Shown: piece by piece, positions 21,783-33,192 of the stretch
Layout of the letters: every line of letters starts with the position of its first letter
Numbering within the stretch: the stretch's first letter is position 1
Assembly (NCBI GenBank): GCA_000146045.2
Contig: BK006934.2
Coordinates: forward strand, 1-64,000
DNA length: 64,000 nucleotides
Direction of reading: 5' to 3'
From: TPA_inf: Saccharomyces
Lineage: Eukaryota
Program-made: the position numbers and the translations under genes
Notes under the pieces: model-generated
Seen by the model: the letters and a program-made list of their open reading frames with translations, nothing else
Databases searched by the model: none
Told to the model about the DNA's origin: nothing

Positions 21783-23540
21783 ATGATCACCCAAACTGAG
21801 CTAGATAACTGCTTACAATGGGCTCAAAATAATGGAGCCTTCATCGATCCGAAAATCTCTTTTAGGATTACAGAGGATGCTGGTGTTAGTGCATTTGTAA
21901 ACGAAAAATTCTCTCCCAAACCCGACCAAGCTTTGATTAGGGTACCCGAAACTCTGCTGATCACTTCCCAGCAAGCTTTATCAGAATTTTCCCAGGCTGC
22001 TAATGAAAGGAGTCTTTTGAATTCCGTGACACAGTTGTACTTGTCAAAGTTGAAATTTGGCACCGATGCAGTTCACCTGAAATCCTTTTACAAACCATAT
22101 TTAGATGTGCTACCCTTGCACCTTCCACAACCATATTTTTGGTCTACTGATGAAGTCATGAATTTGCATGGTACAGACGTGTACTTAACTATGAGAGATA
22201 CGCTGAACAAACTAGTAAAGGAGTGGAGGATGCTGTTCCAAGCTTTATCTATTGAACACTCTTCTCAAGATAAGCAGTTCTTGTCTTTATTCCAGGAGAA
22301 TAAAGACTCTGCCGTAGTGCCGTTGGAACAGTTCTGCGCACACATCAATGGATGTAAACTAGAAGATTCGGAATGGAACTCGTTCGTGGCGTATCTTTGG
22401 TCGTACTGCATCTTTAATTCTAGGGCATTTCCTCGTGTCATTTTAGGCAGGGCCGGTACAGACCGCACCAATCTGAACGAAGGATTTTTGTATCCAATAG
22501 TAGATTTATTAAACCATAAAAACGATGTACCAGTAAGATGGGAGATGAATGAACAAAATGAACTTTGTTTCATGTCGCAGACTACCACATTTAGTGCACA
22601 GGATGAATTGTTTAATAATTATGGTAATATTTCTAATGAAAAATGTTTGTTAAACTACGGGTTTTGGGATTCCTCGAATAAGTTTGACTTCTCTAGGTTG
22701 ACTTTAAAGCTACCATCCACCTTAGTTAGCGGTTTGCCCGTGGATTTTAACAAATCAGGTAATTTTGTTACTGACGATGGAGAAACTACCATTTTACAAT
22801 TTAGTTTAAAAATTTCTGAACCATTACCACCGGTTCTACTAGCGTTATTTGCCTACCTAAGTAAATTAAAGTCTGAAGAAACTCCAACCGTAAGGAGCGT
22901 ATTGGAAGGTATTGATCAATTAACATCTGTAGTATCCCAGAGATTGCTGTTTTATAAGAATTTTAAAATTAAAACTTCTTCGACTCAAAAATTACGCCCT
23001 CATGTTATTAAACTAATCAAACTATACTATCAAGATAACAAAAAAATTCTGAACGCCACTACTGAGAAATTGTCCGTTTTACAAAAAAAAATATATAGCA
23101 ATAATAAGGAGTTTTCTCTGTCATTCAAGACAATTTTTAAAAACGACAAAATATTTGCCAATTCTCTCTTACTGGTATTTGGTGCTATAAATTACGAAGA
23201 TTTGATCACAAAAGACTGTCTTAATGACGCATTGTTGCTCTGGATAGTCAAATTAATCAACGATAAAAGTAATAATCAGGGAGGTTTCATTAAACAAACC
23301 TTCAAAGAAGTTAGTGATTCAATTGTCATTGAAAAAGAAGATGTTATGGAGTTTTTGCCGTTCTATAAAAAATACTTCCCTAATTTATCGGAGAGAATTC
23401 CAGAAATTTATAGTGTCGGTGATTGGGGCATAAGACAGTTCATTGTGGCAGATACTGCGATTGATAGATTGGTTTGGATCAGGAAATCAAATAAAGAGCC
23501 TATATTTCTAATGAAGAAGGCATACGACTTACAGATTTAG
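21783..23540 (+). CDS. EFM1: SET-domain protein lysine methyltransferase (eEF1A methyltransferase), 585 aa
   Basis: 585-aa ORF whose position and length match YHL039W. The SET-like region is recognised only loosely from the translation. Confidence 0.7.
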   Translation: MITQTELDNCLQWAQNNGAFIDPKISFRITEDAGVSAFVNEKFSPKPDQALIRVPETLLITSQQALSEFSQAANERSLLNSVTQLYLSKLKFGTDAVHLKSFYKPYLDVLPLHLPQPYFWSTDEVMNLHGTDVYLTMRDTLNKLVKEWRMLFQALSIEHSSQDKQFLSLFQENKDSAVVPLEQFCAHINGCKLEDSEWNSFVAYLWSYCIFNSRAFPRVILGRAGTDRTNLNEGFLYPIVDLLNHKNDVPVRWEMNEQNELCFMSQTTTFSAQDELFNNYGNISNEKCLLNYGFWDSSNKFDFSRLTLKLPSTLVSGLPVDFNKSGNFVTDDGETTILQFSLKISEPLPPVLLALFAYLSKLKSEETPTVRSVLEGIDQLTSVVSQRLLFYKNFKIKTSSTQKLRPHVIKLIKLYYQDNKKILNATTEKLSVLQKKIYSNNKEFSLSFKTIFKNDKIFANSLLLVFGAINYEDLITKDCLNDALLLWIVKLINDKSNNQGGFIKQTFKEVSDSIVIEKEDVMEFLPFYKKYFPNLSERIPEIYSVGDWGIRQFIVADTAIDRLVWIRKSNKEPIFLMKKAYDLQI

Positions 23541-23616
23541 CTTTGATCTGTAGCCTAAGTATAAAATTCTACGTATGTATATATTTACATGCAATTTTTT
23601 CTTTTTCCAATTCATG

Positions 23617-25509
23617 TTAATGTTCTTCATCATTTGATAATAGGCCAATGATATTATCTACTATCTTCTCCTTTTGAGGAGAAGCTGCTTTCACTTCCTC
23701 GTTGCTTTTCTCTTCGTATAAATACATGAATTTCGACTTGTCCAGCATTTTTTTATCAATACAATGCATGTGCCCATGAAGTTCTACCTCCGACAAATCT
23801 TTAACAAAATATGTCGTTATTTGTGTCATGAATTTCAGTAGGGTTTGAAATATTTCGGGTATGGCGTTCTTCTTATCCAGAATAACAATTTTGTAGTTTG
23901 CTGATAATGTTATTGGACGAAGCTGGATGGGCCTATTTACGCGGAACTTTTCGCCATATATTTCCTGTTCGAAGTATAAAAGTTGGTTGGCCAATTTCTT
24001 TAATCCGTTTGCAGATTGTAGCGATTGTTCATTCGCAAAACCAGGTTCTATTGTTGCATTTATTGACTCAGTGAAACCCACCAACTCCATTAAAGTTGGT
24101 CTTAAATCATCTTGCATAAACTTGTACAAGTTTGGCTGGAAAATTCTAATCATTTTCGATTTTGTCAGCACGGTTTGCAAAATTAATGTGATGTGTTCAA
24201 ATCTTGATAAAGTCGTTTCATCATTTTGGAAAATAGAGAATTGGTTCCATTTCATTTCTGAAATTACCAGTGCGGAATATGTTTGTAGGTCATGAAGAAA
24301 AGAGTCGTATTTTGTCTTGTAGTTGATCAGAGAAGCTTGGTCCGTGGGTATTTTCATGGACTCGGTCTCTTGATATTGCTTCCATATATATGAGTCCCAA
24401 ACATTCCAACTAAATTGAAAGGAAGGCGCATTATCGTTACCAGAGAAGGAACGGATGCTTTTCTTGTTACGTTGTAAAATGGTGAATATATTGTAGAGAA
24501 TGAAATTTTTGCAAAATTCAGCCCTCAATTGCCGGATGGAGAAGTCGTTTGATAATATTGTAGCTCTTAAAATGTCTCCAGGGCACGTTCTGTCTTTGTT
24601 TGATTGTTTGCTCCACAATGTCTTATGGCTAACCGATCTTTCTAAAAGTTGCTTCAAAGTGACGACATTACCACCAGCGATTCGAGTTGTGGCACTGTTT
24701 GCATCCAGATAGAATGGTTTACCCTCTTCGTTCGCCAGTATCCGACCAGCGTTAGCCTTCTCAATGCGCTTTCGTTCATTCAAGGTGCAAAGTGGCGAAG
24801 CTATCTTGGTCTTCAATTTGTCTACCTCAGTAACGAAAAATTCTCTATGTTTATCTACAAAGTAAGGGAAAATACCAATTCCATCGAATTCCCCAATCAT
24901 CGCCTCATCGGAAACCTGGAAAAGAGGCAAGGGCTTTGCATTAGCTGGGTTTACAAACATGGGTACCTCACCATTATTTTGTTCCAAGAGTCTATCGTAA
25001 GTGCTCTTCTTAACCCCGATTCCCCGACAAAAGTTTGAAAATATCGACTTAGGCCAAATTACACGCTGCAGTTTCAACTTATCATCTTTGCATCGTACCC
25101 TTATTAATTGTTGCCACTCGAAAGATGGCTTGAAGTCCTCATCCATTTCGCTGAACAACTTCTCGTAGAGACTTAAGGGGTGGTCAAACATAGGCGCAAT
25201 CCGTTCCCAGTGTTGGATCCTCTTCTTCGAGGATTTTTGAGTTAGATCTGTTCTAACAATCTTGAATGCGTGTTCGCGAGGGGCGTTTATATCACGTAAT
25301 AGCAGTTTTTGCAAGTCCGTGAGTGAAATATTATACAGTACTCCTTCAAGATCACAATATTCATAAGATAAGTTTGTCTTCTTAAACGCTTGCTTACAGC
25401 GAGGGAACACCTGATGTGTGATATTCTCCATGTTGAACTTATACCTGTAACGAGAGGAACTGCCCTGTCTCCTCAATGAGACCATGAACAATGTTTGCCA
25501 ATTCACCAT
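23617..25509 (-). CDS. CBP2: Mitochondrial group I intron (cytochrome b bI5) splicing factor, 630 aa from the second in-frame Met
   Basis: The ORF begins MTKMVNWQTLF. CBP2, as I recall it, begins MVNWQ and is 630 aa. The track ORF extends 3 codons further, to 25518. Confidence 0.75.
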   Translation of the reverse strand: MVNWQTLFMVSLRRQGSSSRYRYKFNMENITHQVFPRCKQAFKKTNLSYEYCDLEGVLYNISLTDLQKLLLRDINAPREHAFKIVRTDLTQKSSKKRIQHWERIAPMFDHPLSLYEKLFSEMDEDFKPSFEWQQLIRVRCKDDKLKLQRVIWPKSIFSNFCRGIGVKKSTYDRLLEQNNGEVPMFVNPANAKPLPLFQVSDEAMIGEFDGIGIFPYFVDKHREFFVTEVDKLKTKIASPLCTLNERKRIEKANAGRILANEEGKPFYLDANSATTRIAGGNVVTLKQLLERSVSHKTLWSKQSNKDRTCPGDILRATILSNDFSIRQLRAEFCKNFILYNIFTILQRNKKSIRSFSGNDNAPSFQFSWNVWDSYIWKQYQETESMKIPTDQASLINYKTKYDSFLHDLQTYSALVISEMKWNQFSIFQNDETTLSRFEHITLILQTVLTKSKMIRIFQPNLYKFMQDDLRPTLMELVGFTESINATIEPGFANEQSLQSANGLKKLANQLLYFEQEIYGEKFRVNRPIQLRPITLSANYKIVILDKKNAIPEIFQTLLKFMTQITTYFVKDLSEVELHGHMHCIDKKMLDKSKFMYLYEEKSNEEVKAASPQKEKIVDNIIGLLSNDEEH

Positions 25510-25777
25510 TTTGGTCACTCTGTCTCAAACCTTTCCTTCAGCGCAGCCTTACTCCTTCAAGAGAAGCCTTCATTGTCCATTCACTTAAGCATAATTTGTC
25601 ATCTTCAATGCAATTGAACTTTCACTAAATACACCCATACACACCAATCTTGGATTCTACTCGGCGGCAATCTTCACTCTTTCCTTTGTTTTATCATTTT
25701 CTATTCCACCTTTAGTTCCCCAACTTCACCTCTTATCGAACTATCAACACATTTGACTATCATTTTGGCAAATTCAC

Positions 25778-26179
25778 TCACGTGAGGGCGTGTGCTAACC
25801 ATGCAAGGGTTATGGCATGCGCATCCATGTGGCGTTTCCTACTTTTATTTTTACATAATATATAAGATAATTGCACATGCAAACAGTCAATCTTTTTCCT
25901 GCAATTGATGTGGAGACCAAAAGGTTTGCATCTCCTAGTACCACGATTTTTTGGTGCAAAAGTGTTGATAATGTAATTCAGGTAGAAAAGGTAGAAGTTT
26001 CCTCTAGTATGTTCACAGATTGGATTAGAAAAAAAGATCACGCGACTCTTGCCGGAAAAAACTGTGGCGTCGCTGCATATATATGACAAATCAATCATAT
26101 AGATTAGAGGCCTGCCTGAGTCAAGGGGCAAAAACAATACACATATAAAGACCTGGATGCTTATCGATGATCTGTACAT
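25778..26179 (-). CDS. YHL037C: Small ORF of doubtful coding status (133 aa)
   Basis: ORF only, no motif. Confidence 0.15.
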   Translation of the reverse strand: MYRSSISIQVFICVLFLPLDSGRPLIYMIDLSYICSDATVFSGKSRVIFFSNPICEHTRGNFYLFYLNYIINTFAPKNRGTRRCKPFGLHINCRKKIDCLHVQLSYILCKNKSRKRHMDAHAITLAWLAHALT

Positions 26180-26240
26180 TCTGTTTGTAGTCTAAGTTGC
26201 TGAGGGCAACGTAGACGTACAGTGCTCAAAATAAGTAAAA

Positions 26241-27881
26241 ATGGAACCGCTGCTTTTTAATAGTGGGAAAGCAAATCCCTCTCAAGATGTTTTCATAGAT
26301 GTGGAAGTTGGTGATATTACCACAAAATATGGTTCCACAAATACTGGATCATTCAGTTCGATGGATACTGTGGAAGCGCAGGCGATAAAGGCAGAGACGG
26401 CAAGATTCATGGAAGTTCCACAGGGAAGACATTTAGGTGTGTTCTCCACGGTTGTGTTATTTGTTTCGAGGATAATGGGGTCAGGTATATTTGCAGTACC
26501 CAGTGTGATTTTACTGAATACAGGTGGTAATAAGCTGATATATTTTGCGATCTGGGTTTTTAGCGCTGCGATCGCTTTTGCAGGATTGTATCTTTTTCTA
26601 GAATTTGGTTCCTGGATACCGAAATCAGGTGGACGTAAAAACTTCCTCGAACGGAGTTTTGAAAGACCCAGACTATTAATTAGTGTGGTGTTTTCGTGTT
26701 ACAGTGTTTTAACTGGCTATGCATTGACGGGATCTATCGTCTTCGGTAAATACGTGTTGAGCGCATTTGGAGTCACGGATGATTCGTGGTCCAAGTACGT
26801 CAGCATATCATTTATAATATTTGCCGTTCTCATTCACGGTGTCTCTGTAAGGCACGGAGTGTTTATACAGAACGCACTTGGTGGTTTGAAGTTGATCATG
26901 ATTGTCTTGATGTGCTTTGCCGGGCTATACACGCTTTTCTTTTATAAAAGCACCGGTCAAGTTGCCTGGGACCTCCCAGTAACCCAAGTTGAGAAAGATT
27001 CTCTCCTGTCGGTGTCCTCTATTGCTACTGCCTTTATCAGCTCATTCTTTTGTTTTTCTGGATGGGATACAGTTCACACAGTTACATCAGAAATTAAGAA
27101 TCCCGTTAAGACGTTGAAGGTGTCAGGTCCCTTATCGTTGATAATTTGTTTTGTCTGCTACACAATGATGAATGTGGCATACTTGAAAGTTTTGACATAT
27201 GAGGAAATTGTTAGTGCAGGCCCCCTGGTTGGTTCCGTGTTGTTTACCAAACTTTTCGGACCCAGAGTTGGTGGCAAATTCATTGCTTTTTCTATCGCCA
27301 TTTCTGCAGCATCTAATATTCTGGTTGTCATTTACAGTATATCAAGAGTTAACCAGGAAATATTCAAAGAAGGTTATTTACCATTCAGTATTCATATGTC
27401 CAAAAATTGGCCATTTGATGCACCTCTACCATCTATTTCTTTATGTGGCTTTATAACCATTGCTTGGATATTGATTTTACCCAAAGAGGGCGAATCCTTC
27501 AATTATCTGGTATCGATGGATGGTTATGGTAATCAGTTTTTCTTATTATTGGTCGCTATTGGGCTCTTTATTTGGAGGTTCAAACACAAGAACGAAGTCC
27601 CAGAGATTCGTGCATCTACTTTTGGAGTATTAGCCATTATTACATTATCATTATACATGTTGATGGCACCATTCTTTGCCGACCCTAGCCTAAACAGAGT
27701 TGGGTTCCTGCCGCCCTACCAAATCATGTCATTACTGGTAATAGTTGCATGCTTCTTTTTCTGGTTAGTTAAATTCGTTTTACTACCTAAATTCTTCCAT
27801 TATAAACTTTTACCCAAAATCACTTATTTGCATGATGGGCTCATTGTCACAGAATGGGTGAAAAAGCCATGTCTGTGTTAG
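26241..27881 (+). CDS. MUP3: Amino-acid permease of the APC/LAT family (low-affinity methionine permease), 546 aa, about 12 TM
   Basis: 546-aa polytopic ORF. Position and length match MUP3. Confidence 0.8.
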   Translation: MEPLLFNSGKANPSQDVFIDVEVGDITTKYGSTNTGSFSSMDTVEAQAIKAETARFMEVPQGRHLGVFSTVVLFVSRIMGSGIFAVPSVILLNTGGNKLIYFAIWVFSAAIAFAGLYLFLEFGSWIPKSGGRKNFLERSFERPRLLISVVFSCYSVLTGYALTGSIVFGKYVLSAFGVTDDSWSKYVSISFIIFAVLIHGVSVRHGVFIQNALGGLKLIMIVLMCFAGLYTLFFYKSTGQVAWDLPVTQVEKDSLLSVSSIATAFISSFFCFSGWDTVHTVTSEIKNPVKTLKVSGPLSLIICFVCYTMMNVAYLKVLTYEEIVSAGPLVGSVLFTKLFGPRVGGKFIAFSIAISAASNILVVIYSISRVNQEIFKEGYLPFSIHMSKNWPFDAPLPSISLCGFITIAWILILPKEGESFNYLVSMDGYGNQFFLLLVAIGLFIWRFKHKNEVPEIRASTFGVLAIITLSLYMLMAPFFADPSLNRVGFLPPYQIMSLLVIVACFFFWLVKFVLLPKFFHYKLLPKITYLHDGLIVTEWVKKPCLC

Positions 27882-27977
27882 TTTTTCCTTTTCTACATAA
27901 ATATTTTATAGACTACTATTGCATTTTTAATAAATAATATTCATCCTCATCTTTGAATAAAAGAAAGAAACATTCGA

Positions 27978-30900
27978 TTATTTCATCATCTTACTTGATT
28001 GCTTGGCTATTTGCTTCAAAAGCTCTAGGCCCCCACTGTCACGACACATACTATAAAATATACCGCGTTCATCTTTCAACAGTTCACTAGGGCGATCATA
28101 TTCTTTTACCTCACCGGCATCCATCACAATTATCCTGTCGTAATCGATAACAGATCTCAAACGATGTGCAATAGTAAGAATTGTGCTTTTATTAAACTCA
28201 CTTCTTATAATACCCTGAATTAAATGGTCAGAATCGTAATCAATAGAGGAAGTAGCCTCGTCCAAAAGTATTATCTTTGGCTCGCGTAACAATGATCGTG
28301 CAATAAAAAGCAATTGCCTTTCACCTTGGGACAGATTTAAGCCGCCCTCAGCTATTTCTGTGTGAAGATTTAAAAATTTATTATGAGTGCTGTTAAAGCG
28401 TTCCTCCGAGTTAAGCACTTCTTCAAATTCATGTGAAGAAATTAGATTTACTTGTGAAAGTGCTTTGAATATTTTTTTTTCATCATATTCATCATATGGA
28501 TCAACATTACTTTTGATTGTACCTGCAAATAGAATAGGGTCCTGAGGGATGATAGTAATGGAACGACGTAATGTAACGAGATCAATTTTACTTATATCCT
28601 GCCCATCTATTTTGATACATCCGGTTATTGGTTCTAGTAATCTGAATAATGCCGTTATTATGGTAGATTTGCCTGCGCCAGTTCTTCCGACAATCCCAAT
28701 CTTACTTTGAGGATCCACTTTGAAACTAACATTTCTTATGACAGGAGGCAAATTTGGCGCGTAACGTAAAGATAAGTTTTCAATTTCAATTTCTCCATCT
28801 TTTGGCCACGATGGTTCGTTTAGAAGTAGAATGCGGCCTTCATCATGGCCAAGATAGTTCTCTTGTTCAATGCTAGAATATTCTTTTAGTCTTTCAACAG
28901 AGTTCATGTTCATTTCAAATGTTGAGTACAGTCTAACTAACCATAAAGCACCATCTGTAAACAAAATGGCATATGTCAAAGAAATGCCGGCAAGACCCGA
29001 GTCAATATTTGCAATATTGAGCAGAATAAAAGAACCTGATGCTAAAACAATGAATGCGCCAATCATGTCGACTCTAAAAGAAAACCATTTGACAGTAACT
29101 GATAAATAAAAGAATGCTCTGTTATTTTGGTCAATTTTGTTCATATTTTCTAAAATGAATCTCCTCTCGTCGCCAAATGCACGAATTGTGCAAACGCCTA
29201 CCAAGGTCTCTGAGAAATGTTGAAAAATGGGTGATTTGGTTATTGAATCTAACCTTTTCAATTCTCTACTTGCCGTTAAGTACCATTTCCCCACAAAGAA
29301 ATATAAAACAAAAACGATAACGGCGACTGTCAAAAAGCGAGGAGTTATTACGGTAATGAGAAATATAATTGATGCGCATTGAATTAGGCAAAATATAGTT
29401 ACTTCTAAGTATGGAATCAATTCTTGATCAACACCTTCGATGTCCTTTGAAAAGCGATTCATGATTCTACCAACCGGCGTCACGTCGAAAAATCGTATTT
29501 GGGCATGTAGAACTAGATCTAGCAGATTATTAAAGATCTTTCTGGAGGCTCGCATACCGGATAAAAACGTCATCATTGTTTTAAAACCACCTAGCATTGC
29601 CTGAATGATACCAATAAGAAAATATACGGTTAAGTAATAAAATGCATTATGTTTATTTTTCGAAGAGTCGGTCATCCCTTTTAATGGCAGCGTGTCCATC
29701 GCAAAACCTGGAGCATTTATTCGTACATTGGTATCGTTGACCCAATGTCGTATCCACCAAGACTGACTGATGAACAAAATTTGAGCTGTGATATAAAGAG
29801 CGAACAGGGCTGTTAAAGCTTTGAAGCCTCCAAAAAATTTCAGGTACCATTTATAAACATCGGGGCTTATGGCACCGTTTGATTTTTCTTCCTCTTCTAT
29901 TAGCTGGCCATCATTGACAAAATTTGCATCAAAATTTATGTTCTCGGTGACAGGTTCGATTTTCTGAGAGTCATTTTTTCTGGGAGCTTTTAATCTATTA
30001 GCGTTCTTTTCATTAATGCTATCTCGAGAAGAAAGTTGAACATATTTTTCCTTAAAAAGCCCTTTGCTTTGTAATTCTGTAATAGTTCCTTGATTCTTCA
30101 CTTTGCCATTTTCCAACACAATCGCGAAATGGGCATTTCTAAGTGTTAATGAAACATTGTGCGTAACTAAAATGCAGGTTCTATTTTTCATTAGTGGACC
30201 TGTGATGCAATTTTCATAGATCCATACAGCAGTATGTGAATCGACAGCGCTCAAACAATCATCTAGTAAGACATGCTTAGCACTCGAATAAACAGCTCTC
30301 GCCAAGGAAATTCTCTGTTTCTGCCCTCCTGATAAAGTTATACCCTTTTCACCAATTTCTGTTAGGTCACCTGCTGGTAAAATCTCCAGGTCTCTTTTCA
30401 GCCCACATGCATCAATTACTTTGTTGTACCTATCCTCGTTATAGAAGTTATCAAAGATAATATTGTTTTTTACCGTGTCATTTAATAGCCACGCACTTTG
30501 TGAACAATATGCGAAGGAATTGGTTAAACCTTCGCAGTCGGGAATTAAATCATGCTTTGGTTCTAAGCTCGGAACAATGATAGAGCCACTAATTAGATTT
30601 AGTTCACCCAGTAAACCCAGCAGCAATGCACTTTTACCAGATCCTGTAGAACCCAAAATCAAATTTAACTTACCAATTTGAAATTTAATATTCAAACCAC
30701 ATAATTTGAATGCATTCATATCGCTGTCATTTTCATTCCAGGTTAAAGTCGCATTTTTAAATTCAATTTTATTTTTGTCTGGAGATATGGTTAGTTGATT
30801 ATATTTTTCTGTATCGTCCATCCTTAAAAAATCGCTTATTCTTTTTAGAGAGACTTTTGATTGATTTATGAAACTTAGCATATTTGATAATTGATCCAGG

Positions 30901-32756
30901 GGTGTCTTTAACAAAGTGAAGAGTGACAAAGTAGTGAAAGCAAGCGGGGCATTCAAATCTTCATGTTGAACAAATGTACAGATGGCGAAAGTGACACCTG
31001 TCACCAAGGTCGGTGTCACGAACCAAAGAAAAGAAGTTACGGACCACACCAAAGATTTTTTTAATAAGGATCTTAATTCCTTTTGCCTTATTGATTTGAT
31101 TTCATTTATAATATTCCTTTCCCAAGCAAAATATTTGACAATTCTTATGTTCTGTAAGCACTCGTTCAATTTTGAGATTCTTTGGTCAGTACATTTCAGT
31201 GTTTGCTTTTGAAACTTACCTAACAAATTCGCTAACAAGAAATTCAATGGGAACATCACTAAGATAATTGAAATTCCTGCAAAAGCTGAAACACCTAAAA
31301 AGTTGAAAAGTAGTCCTACAACAACTATTATCATAATTACTGCCTGAACTGTCACATAAAGGTAGTTTGCTAGTTCCGATACCTTAAATGAGTCAATAGA
31401 AATGAGATTAATTATGGTACCAAGGTTTGCGGAGATACTATCTGAATCAGAGCTGGTTTTTGGAGATGTAAACAGCCTCCTACGTAAGCCTTTTGCATAA
31501 ATTTCTCCTATGAGTATGGCTCTTATTCTTAAACAAATCTTATCAGAAACAAATTGACCTTGGGAATTACAAATTGCTAATGTCAATCTACAAATGAACA
31601 TACCAATAATATAAAGCCACGCCAAATTCATGCATGATGAGGAACGGTTTGGGTTATCCACAATTTCTAAAAATCTTTTCATTAAAATTGTGGGAAGAAG
31701 GTTTACAATACTGTTCACCAGAACCCATAACATTCCTATGAGTAAATATGTTTTGAAAGATTCAAACAGTGCTAGCGTCAAATTATTAATGTGCTTGTTT
31801 CTCCTGGTAAACCCTTTTAGAATGAAAATGCTATAGTCTTCCATTGATAAGCCCCAAATATCCTTTAACTTAATAGTGTTCTTTTGGGCCTCCCATATAA
31901 AATTGGTAATCCAGCTCCAAGTAATGCAACTTAAAATTGAGGATATGTGTTCCCTCGAAGGAGACGTATGGTCGTCTCTAACGTAGATGATGGATGAGTT
32001 GTCTTTAATCGGTGAAGTGAGCTTTATTGGCTGTAAGGTTGAAGTAATTACGAATTCAAAGATGTAAAATATCTGTGAGGGTACATCATCGATATTACCA
32101 ATATAGACCGAACGAATTGGAATCCAGGTTGAAATCCAAATAGTTGTATGGGCAGTAAAACAGATGGCCCAAAGATTCGTTGAACGCTTGTAAACTCTTA
32201 AGATACTTAGGGAAAGTAGTATTAACCAAAATAATAGTAAAGTTGTAACATCTCTGTTCGTTAATTCAATATTGATTTTTGTTACTCTTAAAAAGGAAAG
32301 GCCAATTATTTGTAAAGACATTAATACAATTTCAGATGATTTTCTTAAGTGGTCACTAGTAGACGGTCTACTAAACGTTAGTCCACCATGATTTTTAGCA
32401 TCGATTTGCTTGACATCTATAGTTGTTATATCAAAATGTCTAAGTTTCAAAATCCTTCCTTGCTTTTTGACGTTGACGTAATTGGCTTGGGTATTTGAGT
32501 TCCGTAGAAGTCTTTCTATACTATTATCTTCTTTTCTCTCTTCTTGTGCGCCAAATAGATATTCGTTCACTAAATCGCACTCGGCAGATCTTACATAACG
32601 AGATAATCCACTGCGACAAAGTGCGAAAATGCCAATTGAGGCTATGATAGCCAATGGTAAATAGTAGCTCAATAGCTGAGTTCTTCCTAAACGAGTAAAA
32701 TCATCAACTTCCCAAAATGAACCATTATTTCGGATAATAAGGGGATCCGTTCCCAT
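27978..32756 (-). CDS. VMR1: ABC transporter, ABCC/MRP subfamily (vacuolar), 1592 aa, two nucleotide-binding domains
   Basis: Walker A motifs GSTGSGKS and GRTGAGKS. ABC signatures LSGGQKQRISLARA and LSQGERQLLFIARS. TMD0+TMD1+TMD2 architecture. Confidence 0.9.
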   Translation of the reverse strand: MGTDPLIIRNNGSFWEVDDFTRLGRTQLLSYYLPLAIIASIGIFALCRSGLSRYVRSAECDLVNEYLFGAQEERKEDNSIERLLRNSNTQANYVNVKKQGRILKLRHFDITTIDVKQIDAKNHGGLTFSRPSTSDHLRKSSEIVLMSLQIIGLSFLRVTKINIELTNRDVTTLLLFWLILLSLSILRVYKRSTNLWAICFTAHTTIWISTWIPIRSVYIGNIDDVPSQIFYIFEFVITSTLQPIKLTSPIKDNSSIIYVRDDHTSPSREHISSILSCITWSWITNFIWEAQKNTIKLKDIWGLSMEDYSIFILKGFTRRNKHINNLTLALFESFKTYLLIGMLWVLVNSIVNLLPTILMKRFLEIVDNPNRSSSCMNLAWLYIIGMFICRLTLAICNSQGQFVSDKICLRIRAILIGEIYAKGLRRRLFTSPKTSSDSDSISANLGTIINLISIDSFKVSELANYLYVTVQAVIMIIVVVGLLFNFLGVSAFAGISIILVMFPLNFLLANLLGKFQKQTLKCTDQRISKLNECLQNIRIVKYFAWERNIINEIKSIRQKELRSLLKKSLVWSVTSFLWFVTPTLVTGVTFAICTFVQHEDLNAPLAFTTLSLFTLLKTPLDQLSNMLSFINQSKVSLKRISDFLRMDDTEKYNQLTISPDKNKIEFKNATLTWNENDSDMNAFKLCGLNIKFQIGKLNLILGSTGSGKSALLLGLLGELNLISGSIIVPSLEPKHDLIPDCEGLTNSFAYCSQSAWLLNDTVKNNIIFDNFYNEDRYNKVIDACGLKRDLEILPAGDLTEIGEKGITLSGGQKQRISLARAVYSSAKHVLLDDCLSAVDSHTAVWIYENCITGPLMKNRTCILVTHNVSLTLRNAHFAIVLENGKVKNQGTITELQSKGLFKEKYVQLSSRDSINEKNANRLKAPRKNDSQKIEPVTENINFDANFVNDGQLIEEEEKSNGAISPDVYKWYLKFFGGFKALTALFALYITAQILFISQSWWIRHWVNDTNVRINAPGFAMDTLPLKGMTDSSKNKHNAFYYLTVYFLIGIIQAMLGGFKTMMTFLSGMRASRKIFNNLLDLVLHAQIRFFDVTPVGRIMNRFSKDIEGVDQELIPYLEVTIFCLIQCASIIFLITVITPRFLTVAVIVFVLYFFVGKWYLTASRELKRLDSITKSPIFQHFSETLVGVCTIRAFGDERRFILENMNKIDQNNRAFFYLSVTVKWFSFRVDMIGAFIVLASGSFILLNIANIDSGLAGISLTYAILFTDGALWLVRLYSTFEMNMNSVERLKEYSSIEQENYLGHDEGRILLLNEPSWPKDGEIEIENLSLRYAPNLPPVIRNVSFKVDPQSKIGIVGRTGAGKSTIITALFRLLEPITGCIKIDGQDISKIDLVTLRRSITIIPQDPILFAGTIKSNVDPYDEYDEKKIFKALSQVNLISSHEFEEVLNSEERFNSTHNKFLNLHTEIAEGGLNLSQGERQLLFIARSLLREPKIILLDEATSSIDYDSDHLIQGIIRSEFNKSTILTIAHRLRSVIDYDRIIVMDAGEVKEYDRPSELLKDERGIFYSMCRDSGGLELLKQIAKQSSKMMK

Positions 32757-33192
32757 TCTCCGAGGTAGTGAACCATTGAGGTTGCAGCATGAATAAGATA
32801 TAGGTGAGAGCTAGCGATTTGACATTTAGTACATAGATATTTATATATATATATAAGGGAGTTTTTTTTTATTTTTTTTTTCAAAATACGAAAATAGCAG
32901 TTCACGAGGCACTCACTTACTGGTTTTTAAAAGTGCACCCCTTTCGAAACGTTATGATGCAATCCTTCGTAGTGCTAAAGCAAATCATGTCGAAGAAGTT
33001 AAAGTAGTGTCATTGCAAAAAACTATACGGGGAAGTGTTTGAAAATAAAACAGGGGCGTCTCATTTTTACATATCATATATAGGTATACACGCATATATA
33101 AATACACATATTTCTTTTGCAGGGAAGGTGAACAAAAATACAAAACTCTAGCAAAAACTCAAGTTAGAAATAGGGATGTGGGTAAGAAGTAA